A stretch of DNA of 64,000 bases from an uncultured Candidatus Saccharibacteria bacterium. Lineage in GTDB: Bacteria > Patescibacteriota > Minisyncoccia > Phycocordibacterales > SBAW01. The notes beneath the pieces are model-generated. The model was given only the letters and a program-made list of their open reading frames with translations. It had not been told where the DNA came from and did not search any database. The DNA lies in assembly GCA_964650645.1 (NCBI GenBank), contig CAZYUH010000001.1, positions 564,274-628,273 of the forward strand. Reading direction: 5' to 3'. Each line of letters starts with the position of its first letter. Positions within the stretch are counted from its first letter, which is position 1. Below, piece by piece: positions 1 to 7,648 of this stretch. A program made the position numbers and the translations under genes.

Positions 1-1
1 A

Positions 2-2998
2 ACCGGTGACGTTGTGGTTGATGGAAATTTGATAGTAAACGGCGTCACGTCATCCCCGGTTATTTTAAATGGCACCATTCAAGCGCTTGGAAGCTCTATC
101 ACGAAAATTGACAATGCAACCATAAATGGCGCCTTGTATGGCCTTGGCGCAAGCTTGCAGATAAGCAATGTGACAGTAAACTCGACGCTTGAAGGATGGT
201 ACGCGGTGTATTGGGGCAATGGGGATTTTATCCATGCGTCAACTACCATAAGAGGTAGTAGTCAATACAACGGCTTCGTCGTAGCTCTCTCGTTAATGAT
301 GCAAAATCAGACTTGGACCAATGACAACGACACGCCCTACATCATTGAGGCGGGGGATTTCATACCATCGGGCATTCATCTGACAATCCAACCAGGCGTG
401 ATAGTTAAGGTCGTCCAGGTAGGACCGGGCCCTGGCTCTGTCGAAAATAGAGGTCTGATAAATATCCAAGGGAGCACATCTTCGCCGGTATACGTAACCT
501 CCATAAAGGATGATTCGGTCGGCGGGGATACGAACGGCGACGGCTCGGCGACAGCGCCGCAACGCGGGGATTGGGGCGGATTTGATAACGGCAACGGAAG
601 CATGACATTAAGCAATGCAAAATTTTCTTACGCCAATTGGGCTTTTGATGCGTCGAATTCTTCAGTCTCGACAGGTGGCATTAACGCTTCCTATATTACG
701 ATTTCTTCCTCGACGGTCGGGATTTATAACAATGGCATAACTTTTCTTCGTGACAGCATTAGCCGTTCAACATTCTCCAATGTAGAGATAACGGGCAATG
801 GGGTAGGCATACAATGCAGCGGCAATCCGACGGCTAATTTTACCGTACGCGACAGCGTTATTGCCGGGAACGATAAAGGGACTGGTTCAACCTGCTCCGG
901 TTCAAATGATCTGACTGATTTAAGAAATAATTGGTGGGGAGACGCATCGGGGCCTTATAATGCCACCTTCAATCCCTCGGGCAAGGGCGACAGCGTAGAG
1001 GGCGACCTTTCGCTCTATCATCCGTGGGTAGGCGCGTCGTCTACTACCTGTTCAGTAGATTGCAATTCCAGCGTGATGTTTTTGCCGGGTTTCGAATCCA
1101 GCAGGCTTTATGTTCCTAGTCTTTTAGGAGAGAACAAGATTTGGGAGCCTAATAGTATTGTCAGTCATGATGTGGCTAACTTGGATATGAACAATTCCTC
1201 TGCAGCAAACATCGTTTATACAAAAGAAAAATCGATTATAGACACTGCGTACAATGGTCTTCCGTTTGTAAGCAGTCGCTATGATGTATATGCGTCGCTC
1301 ATTGCTCAGATGAACGCATTGGCAACCGGCACCACACCACTTATAAACGAATGGGAGCCTATTGCCTACGATTGGCGACTTGACTATGACGCATTACTCA
1401 ACGCTGGTAACAAAATTGGCGAAAAAATATACTACCGCGGCACTAATGCGGCCACCAGCACGCCTTACATTATTCAGGAGCTGCAAAGGCTCGCTGCCAG
1501 CTCGCGTACGAAGAAAGTGACCATAGTCGCGCATTCCAACGGCGGTTTGCTGGCTAAAGCGCTCACTAACGCATTAGGTACCACTACGGCCAGCCAGCTC
1601 ATAGACAAAATAGTAATGATAGCCACGCCGCAGTTGGGAACACCTAAGGCAATCGGTGCGTTACTTTCTGGTTACGACCAAGCTCTCCCGCTCCAAGTTT
1701 TCCAAGCATTCTTAACAAATGCAGATGCCCGTGCTCTTGCACTAAGTACTCCCGCTGCCTACAATCTCTTACCATCAAGCGAGTATTTTGATGATATTCA
1801 GAATCCAGTCGTTACCTTTGATCCAGCTACGTTGCCATGGTGGGTTACAAAATATGGTTCATCTATATCCTCCGCCAGCCAGCTACGTAACTTTTTGACC
1901 GACTCGACTCGTCCGAGTCCGCAATATAGCGACATGAAGACACCAGGTGTGGCCAACTTGGCGCTCTTTGATAGTGCGCAGAGTGTCCATAATAGCCTTG
2001 ATAACTGGACACCTCCACCGGGTGTGCAACTCGTTACAATTGCGGGCTGGGGAGTTCCAACCTTGTCGACAATTAACTATAAAAGGAAACCACAGAGCGT
2101 ATTAGGGATTTCCACTGGCTATGCAACAACCACCGAATTTACTATGGCAATAGACGGTGACGGCACAGTGGTAGATGCTAGTGCCCAATGGGCGAATGGC
2201 GCTCCTGATACGCGCTACTGGATTAATTTGTCAGGTTACAACCATGCTTCATCCAAAGATATCAAACATGACAATATATTTAAGGCAAAACCGCTTCAAG
2301 ATTTGCTGGCAGTCATCGTTAGTAATGCCTCGACTTCTACTCTTCCGCAATATATTTCAACTTCACGGCCTATGTATGTAGGCACTGACCCCCGCGTTTA
2401 CTTTACTCTCCATTCGCCCCTGACTCTCGGTTTTATAGACGCCTCGGGCAATTACACCGGCTCGACCGCTACCTCTACGGTATTTAACGCGCCCGGAGTG
2501 GATTATGAGCGCTTCGGAGAAGTGCAGTGGCTTTCCGTGCCCGCCGGCATGGCGGGGCAGGTGGCCATGCGCGGCACAGGCAGCGGCAGCTTCGCGATCG
2601 ATATCGAGAGCGTCAACGGCAATGACGTGCTCGCGACGACTACGTTTGCCGCGATTCCGGTATCGACCTCGACAGTTGCGACCCTCGCGCTTACGGGCAC
2701 CGGTTCGCCCACGGCAAGCAGCACTCTTGTGGTGGACAGCGACGGCGATGGCGCGAGCGACTTCAGCATGCAGGCGCAGCAGGGAAGCGTGGTCCTGCCG
2801 CCTCCGCAGGAGGAGATGTGCAAGCCTGGAATGCCGCCGCGTGCCCGTGGGCATATGCCCAAGCTGCCGGATTTCCTTACCGCCTTCCTTAATGGTAAGA
2901 ATAACGGCGCCCTTCATAATAAAGACCACTTCCCGCCAGGCCGCGAGAAATGCAAGCAGGATAAAATAAAAACTCCGCCAAAAAAGACGAAGCGGTAG
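2..2998 (+). CDS. 5'-truncated large secreted/surface protein: parallel beta-helix repeats (NNWWGDASGP motif) fused to an alpha/beta-hydrolase (lipase/esterase-like, nucleophile elbow VAHSNGG) domain, plus a C-terminal extension encoded in a GC-rich patch
   Basis: The ORF is open from the window edge and in frame with bases 2-13. It has repeated NG/T/S beta-helix turns, and the motif 'LPGFESSRLY...IVAHSNGGLLAKAL' is typical of lipase class 2/LCAT-like hydrolases. The DNA is ~45% GC until ~2480, then ~68%. Confidence 0.6.
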   Translation, partial: TGDVVVDGNLIVNGVTSSPVILNGTIQALGSSITKIDNATINGALYGLGASLQISNVTVNSTLEGWYAVYWGNGDFIHASTTIRGSSQYNGFVVALSLMMQNQTWTNDNDTPYIIEAGDFIPSGIHLTIQPGVIVKVVQVGPGPGSVENRGLINIQGSTSSPVYVTSIKDDSVGGDTNGDGSATAPQRGDWGGFDNGNGSMTLSNAKFSYANWAFDASNSSVSTGGINASYITISSSTVGIYNNGITFLRDSISRSTFSNVEITGNGVGIQCSGNPTANFTVRDSVIAGNDKGTGSTCSGSNDLTDLRNNWWGDASGPYNATFNPSGKGDSVEGDLSLYHPWVGASSTTCSVDCNSSVMFLPGFESSRLYVPSLLGENKIWEPNSIVSHDVANLDMNNSSAANIVYTKEKSIIDTAYNGLPFVSSRYDVYASLIAQMNALATGTTPLINEWEPIAYDWRLDYDALLNAGNKIGEKIYYRGTNAATSTPYIIQELQRLAASSRTKKVTIVAHSNGGLLAKALTNALGTTTASQLIDKIVMIATPQLGTPKAIGALLSGYDQALPLQVFQAFLTNADARALALSTPAAYNLLPSSEYFDDIQNPVVTFDPATLPWWVTKYGSSISSASQLRNFLTDSTRPSPQYSDMKTPGVANLALFDSAQSVHNSLDNWTPPPGVQLVTIAGWGVPTLSTINYKRKPQSVLGISTGYATTTEFTMAIDGDGTVVDASAQWANGAPDTRYWINLSGYNHASSKDIKHDNIFKAKPLQDLLAVIVSNASTSTLPQYISTSRPMYVGTDPRVYFTLHSPLTLGFIDASGNYTGSTATSTVFNAPGVDYERFGEVQWLSVPAGMAGQVAMRGTGSGSFAIDIESVNGNDVLATTTFAAIPVSTSTVATLALTGTGSPTASSTLVVDSDGDGASDFSMQAQQGSVVLPPPQEEMCKPGMPPRARGHMPKLPDFLTAFLNGKNNGALHNKDHFPPGREKCKQDKIKTPPKKTKR

Positions 2999-3148
2999 GT
3001 GGGGCGCCGGCCTCGCCGCGATGGTCCTCCTCATGATAGTCGTCTCCTTCCACGACATTGCCAGGCTGGTGGGGTAGAGCGAGCCATTTCAAGCTTTTTC
3101 TAGCAGCCCGGCCTCTTCTTTGCATGAGCCGCTCCTGTATTTTCCAGT

Positions 3149-3194
3149 GGGGATAACCCTGGCGGTTGATAAACTAAGATGGTAGCCTAACGTC
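3149..3194 (+). promoter_or_regulatory. Conserved leader/promoter element A (GGGGATAACC...GATAAACTAAGATGGTAGCCT) immediately 5' of paralog A
   Basis: A ~45-nt sequence is repeated with ~75% identity in front of three paralogous genes (3149, 3700, 4530). It ends 0-1 nt before the ATG. Confidence 0.45.
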
Positions 3195-3629
3195 ATGAAG
3201 GGTACAGGTATATTTGGCTGGATACAGTTGCCGAAGTGGTTTGTTTTTTGCGCTTCAGCTTTCCTGACTATTGCATGCCTCGCTCTTTTTTTTCCTAGGC
3301 TTTCAGGGATTTGTTCTGAATATCAGCCCAATTGCGTAGTTCCATACTCAACTTTGTCTTTGTATCTTTTTTGGGCTCCAATTTTACTATTCTTTTCCGT
3401 ATTGACTCTTCCGATAAATCGAACAGTATTCAATTCATGGATTAAATTTATGGTGCCATGGACTTTGTTTTCAATTCTAGTAATTTCAGCAACTCCAGGT
3501 AACTTTGGAAATAACTTAGAAATTAATTTGAAAGCAGTAGCCTCTCTTTCCTTAACGGCTATTTCTTTCTTTGCCTCGCTCCTAATTATTATCATCAAGT
3601 CAGTCCAAGTGTATTGGCGCAAGAAGTAA
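3195..3629 (+). CDS. Small integral membrane protein, paralog A (4 predicted TM, N-term MKGTGIFGWIQLPKW, CxxxxxC loop, C-term YWRKK)
   Basis: The 144-aa ORF lies in AT-rich DNA and shares clear motifs with ORFs 3747..4175 and 4580..4894 (WIKF..PW, FWAPxLL, CxxxxxC). Confidence 0.65.
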   Translation: MKGTGIFGWIQLPKWFVFCASAFLTIACLALFFPRLSGICSEYQPNCVVPYSTLSLYLFWAPILLFFSVLTLPINRTVFNSWIKFMVPWTLFSILVISATPGNFGNNLEINLKAVASLSLTAISFFASLLIIIIKSVQVYWRKK

Positions 3630-3699
3630 GGCTTTAGGTAATTATTTTATAGTTGTCCTCAGCGTCTTCTTGTTTTGAGCAGCTCCGGCATCGGCTAGC

Positions 3700-3746
3700 G
3701 GGGATAACCCCGGCGGTCGATATAACTAAGATGGTAGCCTTGGGAC
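3700..3746 (+). promoter_or_regulatory. Conserved leader/promoter element B
   Basis: The sequence ggggataaccccggcggtcgatataactaagatggtagccttgggac aligns with leader A. Confidence 0.45.
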
Positions 3747-4175
3747 ATGAAGAACACAGGCTTTTTTGATACGTGGATCACAAAAAACACCGTCTTAGTG
3801 GTATCGATTCTTTACGCGGGCGCCGTATATTTCTTCGAAATAAAAGACGCTCCTGCAGGATGTCAGGCCGGATGGTGCTTGAAATTCAGCTCGGATCTCT
3901 TGCTTCCGCTTTTCCTTCCCGCGGTCATTATCGCGTTTTTTTCGCTAGTAACTTATTTTCTCCCAAATCAGATATTCAGAGCATGGATAAAATTTGCGCT
4001 TGCGTGGGCCCTTGTCTCAGGGTTGTGGGTTGTCGCGACGCCGCATGATACCGGTTACGCGCTTAGTCTGGATCAAAAGCCGATGCTAGCGCTCTCTCTT
4101 TCCGCCTTATTCTTCGGATTGTCTGCATTGGTAATTCTTATAAAGCTAATAAGGTTCTATTGGCTTAAGAAGTAA
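3747..4175 (+). CDS. Small integral membrane protein, paralog B
   Basis: The 142-aa ORF has N-term MKNTGFFDTWI, a C..C loop (CQAGWC), the WIKFALAW motif and C-term YWLKK, marking it as a paralog of A and C. Confidence 0.65.
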   Translation: MKNTGFFDTWITKNTVLVVSILYAGAVYFFEIKDAPAGCQAGWCLKFSSDLLLPLFLPAVIIAFFSLVTYFLPNQIFRAWIKFALAWALVSGLWVVATPHDTGYALSLDQKPMLALSLSALFFGLSALVILIKLIRFYWLKK

Positions 4176-4178
4176 CGT

Positions 4179-4203
4179 TAGGATAAGCTGGTAGCCAAGT
4201 GAC
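4179..4203 (+). promoter_or_regulatory. Degenerate copy of the paralog leader (GGATAAGCTGGTAGCCAAGTGAC-ATG) with a decayed downstream ORF
   Basis: It matches the 3' half of leaders A/B/C (GGTAGCC..G.GACATGA.G). The ATG at 4204 opens only a very short ORF. Confidence 0.3.
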
Positions 4204-4265
4204 ATGAGGGGCGCAGCTCCTTCTAAATGTGAATTAATAAAATTGCCGATCGTACTTAATTTTTT

Positions 4266-4496
4266 ATGTTGTACTTAGGACCAGGGTGGCAGTTTGATTT
4301 GATATCTTATGCAATAGTTCTTGCCATTATTTTATTTTTTGGAATGCTGATTCATTTTTCGCGCCGACTGATAAAAAGGGCCAATCTTTCTAGAAACGTA
4401 GCTAAAATAATCTACTCAGTAGAAGTATTGCTTGGTATCGGGTTATGTGCGGTTGTATTGTTTCCAATCATACAGTTTAACCTTGGGCGCTTGTAA
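4266..4496 (+). CDS. Hypothetical small membrane protein (2 TM), possibly a divergent or decayed member of the array
   Basis: The 76-aa ORF sits in 42% GC DNA, where random long ORFs are unlikely, and the protein is hydrophobic. It has no recognisable similarity to paralogs A-C. Confidence 0.3.
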   Translation: MLYLGPGWQFDLISYAIVLAIILFFGMLIHFSRRLIKRANLSRNVAKIIYSVEVLLGIGLCAVVLFPIIQFNLGRL

Positions 4497-4529
4497 ATAA
4501 ACTTTAGCGGTAGGTATCCTTGGTAGGTC

Positions 4530-4579
4530 GAGGGATAACCTGTAAAGACGATAGGAGGGTTGAGTGGTAGCCTAGAGTC
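4530..4579 (+). promoter_or_regulatory. Conserved leader/promoter element C
   Basis: The sequence gagggataacctgtaaagacgataggagggttgagtggtagcctagagtc aligns with leaders A and B. Confidence 0.45.
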
Positions 4580-4894
4580 ATGAAGAATACAGGCATATTT
4601 AGCTGGATACGGCTGCCGAAGTGGTCCGTGTTCTGGTTTTCAATGATTGCGACAGTGGCGTTTGTTGCCAGTTCGGTACCGCAATTGTCAGGATTATGTT
4701 CAAGATGGGAGCCAAACTGCCAGCTGCCGCATTTATATTTTGCAGAAGCGATATTTTGGGCGCCTGTTTTGCTACTTATGTCCATCGTTACTTATCCTTT
4801 AAATGAAAAAGTCCATTACGCTTGGGTTAAATTCGCATTACCGTGGGTTGTTCTGTCTACGGTGGTAGTTTTTTTTAAGTCCTCCCAAGCATGA
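4580..4894 (+). CDS. Small membrane protein paralog C, apparently frameshifted or truncated (its C-terminal TM continues in another frame)
   Basis: The N-term MKNTGIFSWIRLPKW, CSRWEPNC, FWAPVLL and WVKFALPWV motifs match paralog A. The ORF stops early at 4894. Frame +1 downstream encodes ...KAVLSFYSSVLLFVISLLIIFVRSVQISRPKN, homologous to the C-terminus of paralog A. Confidence 0.55.
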   Translation: MKNTGIFSWIRLPKWSVFWFSMIATVAFVASSVPQLSGLCSRWEPNCQLPHLYFAEAIFWAPVLLLMSIVTYPLNEKVHYAWVKFALPWVVLSTVVVFFKSSQA

Positions 4895-4904
4895 AATATA
4901 TGCG

Positions 4905-5012
4905 ACTGACTGGAAGGCTGTATTGTCTTTTTATTCGTCCGTTTTATTATTTGTAATCTCGCTTTTAATAATTTTTGTTAGGTCAGTCCAAATTAGTAGG
5001 CCTAAAAACTAA
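4905..5012 (+). pseudogene. Out-of-frame C-terminal remnant of a membrane-protein paralog (belongs to copy C or to a lost copy)
   Basis: Translation of 4905..5009 gives TDWKAVLSFYSSVLLFVISLLIIFVRSVQISRPKN*, which aligns with the A C-terminus LKAVASLSLTAISFFASLLIIIIKSVQVYWRKK*. Confidence 0.45.
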
Positions 5013-5065
5013 TCTCCATGAGAAAGGTCCCGCATGGGGTGCTGCAGCGTCGCCCGCCTGGTCGG

Positions 5066-5230
5066 GTAAAATAAAAAACCCCGCACCGAAGTGGGGGGTG
5101 AGACGCCGGCTTTGCCGTTTCCGGCCCTGCTTCATCGTGAAGCCCTGGGAACGCCACTCGCTCAGTAAGGAGGGGGTGAGTAGCCAAGACTCGCATCAAA
5201 TGTCCCGGTGACCAGCGTCTCGGTATTTAA
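5066..5230 (-). ncRNA. Putative small structured RNA ending in an intrinsic terminator; class unresolved (weak SRP/4.5S-like GNRA hairpin GCCGGAAACGGC)
   Basis: This is a GC-rich non-coding gap between the low-GC island and proS. On the minus strand a hairpin (5079..5098) is followed by a T-run (rev-comp of 5067..5078), with no CDS upstream on that strand. The stem-loop cagggccGGAAacggcaaagccgg resembles SRP helix 8 only loosely. Confidence 0.25.
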
Positions 5231-5286
5231 TATACACCTAATAATACTTTTTGTCAATCGGGGTGGTGCTAGGCTCATTTTGGCCA

Positions 5287-5292
5287 TACAAT
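5287..5292 (+). promoter_or_regulatory. -10 box TACAAT 12 nt upstream of the proS ATG (leaderless or very short 5' UTR)
   Basis: The sequence is cataCAATagctctacttatATG. There is no Shine-Dalgarno. Confidence 0.3.
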
Positions 5293-5304
5293 AGCTCTAC
5301 TTAT

Positions 5305-6561
5305 ATGCGCCAATCCAAGCTCTTCACGAAGACCCGCCGCGAGGCCCCAAAGGACGAAGTTTCGAAGAACGCGCAGCTCCTCATACGCGCCGGGTACGTC
5401 CATAAGGAGATGGCGGGCGTATACGCGTACCTGCCGCTTGGCCTGCGCGTGCTGGAAAAGATCAAGGGCATCGTGCGCGAGGAGATGGACAAGATAGGCG
5501 GGCAGGAAATCATCATGACGAGCCTCCAGCGCAAGGAGCTGTGGGAGAAGACCGGGCGCTGGAGCGACGAGGCCGTGGATGTGTGGTTCAAGTCCTCGCT
5601 TGCGGCGGGCGGCGAGGTCGGCTTCGGCTGGTCGCACGAGGAGCCTATTGCGGACATGATGCGCAATTACGTCGCGAGCTACAAGGACCTGCCCGTGGTG
5701 GTCTACCAGTTCCAGACCAAATTGCGCAACGAGCTGCGCGCGAAGTCCGGCATCATGCGCGGGCGCGAGTTCGTGATGAAGGACGCGTACTCCTTTTCAA
5801 CCGGGGAGGAGGACCATACGAAGTTCTATAACGCGTGCATCGAAGCCTACAAGCGCGTGTTTAAGCGCGCGGGCGTGGGCGGCGACACGTTCGTGACGTT
5901 CGCCTCCGGCGGCGCGTTCACGGAATTCAGCCACGAGTTCCAGACTATCTGCGAGACCGGCGAGGACACTATTTATATAAACCGCGAGAAGAACATCGCC
6001 GTAAACGGGGAAGTGCTCAATGACGAAACCCTTAAGACGCTGGGCGTGGCGCGCGAGGAGCTGACCGAGGTCAAGACCGCCGAGGTCGGCAACATCTTCA
6101 ACTTCGGCGTGCAGAAGTCAGAGGACCTCGGGCTTTCCTATAAGAACGAGAACGGCGAGGACGTTCCGGTATGGATGGGCTCCTACGGCATCGGCATCAC
6201 GCGCCTCATGGGCCTGCTCGCTGAGAAGCTTGCCGACGGCAAGGGTCTCGTGTGGCCCGAGGCGGTGGCGCCCTTCCGCGTGCATCTCGTGTCCCTGCCC
6301 AACGGCAACGCCGACGTCGTGGCCGAGGCGGACGAGCTGTACCGCGAGATGAGCGAGGCGGGCGTCGAGGCGCTGTACGACGACCGCGACGCGCGCGCCG
6401 GCGAGAAGTTCGCCGACTCGGACCTTTTGGGCCTGCCGTTGCGCGTCGTCGTTTCAGAGAAGACCTTGGCTGCGGGCAAGTTCGAGTGCGTCGAGCGCGC
6501 GTCGGGCGCGACGCGCCACAGGAGCTTCTCGGAGCTCATCGAGGAGCTGTCCGCGCGCTAG
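5305..6561 (+). CDS. proS: Prolyl-tRNA synthetase (short bacterial type lacking the INS editing domain)
   Basis: The protein begins MRQSKLFTKTRREAPKDEVSKNAQLLIRAGYV...YAYLPLGLRVL, and class II motifs are present. The upstream in-frame ATG at 5251 was rejected because the N-terminus aligns from 5305. Confidence 0.9.
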   Translation: MRQSKLFTKTRREAPKDEVSKNAQLLIRAGYVHKEMAGVYAYLPLGLRVLEKIKGIVREEMDKIGGQEIIMTSLQRKELWEKTGRWSDEAVDVWFKSSLAAGGEVGFGWSHEEPIADMMRNYVASYKDLPVVVYQFQTKLRNELRAKSGIMRGREFVMKDAYSFSTGEEDHTKFYNACIEAYKRVFKRAGVGGDTFVTFASGGAFTEFSHEFQTICETGEDTIYINREKNIAVNGEVLNDETLKTLGVAREELTEVKTAEVGNIFNFGVQKSEDLGLSYKNENGEDVPVWMGSYGIGITRLMGLLAEKLADGKGLVWPEAVAPFRVHLVSLPNGNADVVAEADELYREMSEAGVEALYDDRDARAGEKFADSDLLGLPLRVVVSEKTLAAGKFECVERASGATRHRSFSELIEELSAR

Positions 6562-6592
6562 CCCGCGTCCCGTACCGTCCGCAACCCGAATA

Positions 6593-7648
6593 ATGGCGAA
6601 TTACTTCCACAATCGGATACTCCCCCTGCTGTCCAACGATGTCGGCATCGACCTCGGCACGGCAAACACGCTCGTCTACCTGCGCGGCAAGGGGATCGTC
6701 GTGTCCGAGCCCTCGGTGGTCGCGGTCAACCAGAAGACGGGCCAGGTGGTGGCGGTGGGCACCGCCGCAAAGCAGATGCTCGGCCGCACGCCGGGCCACC
6801 TCGTGGCGGTGCGCCCGCTCGTGGAGGGCGTCGTGTCCGACTACGAGGCGACCGAGGAGATGCTGAGCTACCTCATGAACCGCGCGCAGGGGGTATCCAA
6901 GAAGATGCTGGGGCCCCGCGCGGTCGTGGGTGTGCCCTCGGGCATCACCAACGTCGAGGTGCGCGCGGTCATCGACGCCGCGCGCGGCGCGGGCGCGCGC
7001 GAGGTGCACATCATAGAGGAGCCGGTCGCGGCCGCGCTCGGCATCCGCATGCCCATCCGCGAGGCGATGGGCTCGATGATCGTCGACATCGGCGGCGGCA
7101 ACACCGACATCGCCGTGCTGTCGCTCGGCGGCATCGTGCGCTCCAAGAACCTGCGCATCGCCGGCGACAAGCTCAACCAGGACATCATTTCCTACGTGCG
7201 CTCGGAGTTCAAGATCCTGATAGGCGAGAAGACGGCCGAGCAGGTGAAGATGGCGATAGGATCGGTGATGGAGGAGGGCGGCTCCTTGCAGGCCGTGGTG
7301 CGCGGGCGCGACCTCATTACGGGCCTCCCGCGCGAGGTTATAGTCACCGACCAGGACCTGCGCGAGGCGATATCGCAGTCCGTCGATACGCTCATCGAGA
7401 GCGTGCGCGAGGTTCTGGAGACCACGCCGCCCGAGATCCTCTCCGACATCATGCGCTCGGGCATCGTGCTCGTGGGCGGGGGCGCGCAGCTGCGCGGCCT
7501 CGACGCCCTCCTCTCGCAGTGGCTCAAGGTGCCGGTCGTCGTGGCGGACGATCCCTTGACCGCGGTGGCGCGCGGCGCGGGCGTGATACTCGAGAACCTC
7601 GACCTGCACCGCGACCTCCTGATTGAAAACGATGGCGATATCTCCTAG
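6593..7648 (+). CDS. mreB: Rod shape-determining actin-like protein MreB
   Basis: It has the typical MreB N-terminus DVGIDLGTANTLVY and ATPase motifs, at 351 aa. Confidence 0.95.
   Translation: MANYFHNRILPLLSNDVGIDLGTANTLVYLRGKGIVVSEPSVVAVNQKTGQVVAVGTAAKQMLGRTPGHLVAVRPLVEGVVSDYEATEEMLSYLMNRAQGVSKKMLGPRAVVGVPSGITNVEVRAVIDAARGAGAREVHIIEEPVAAALGIRMPIREAMGSMIVDIGGGNTDIAVLSLGGIVRSKNLRIAGDKLNQDIISYVRSEFKILIGEKTAEQVKMAIGSVMEEGGSLQAVVRGRDLITGLPREVIVTDQDLREAISQSVDTLIESVREVLETTPPEILSDIMRSGIVLVGGGAQLRGLDALLSQWLKVPVVVADDPLTAVARGAGVILENLDLHRDLLIENDGDIS

Noticed and set aside
2363-3058. Minus-strand ORFs (231 aa, 119 aa) and a plus-strand 154-aa ORF inside the GC-rich patch
   Set aside because: These are shadow frames of the GC-rich 3' end of the large plus-strand ORF. 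No independent signals were found.
5002-5199. 65-aa minus-strand ORF and 78-aa plus-strand ORF in the proS upstream spacer
   Set aside because: Both read straight through an intrinsic terminator hairpin, so the region is more likely an sRNA.
5251-5304. Upstream in-frame ATG for proS
   Set aside because: The conserved ProRS N-terminus aligns from MRQSKLF (5305), and the TACAAT -10 box lies inside the extension.
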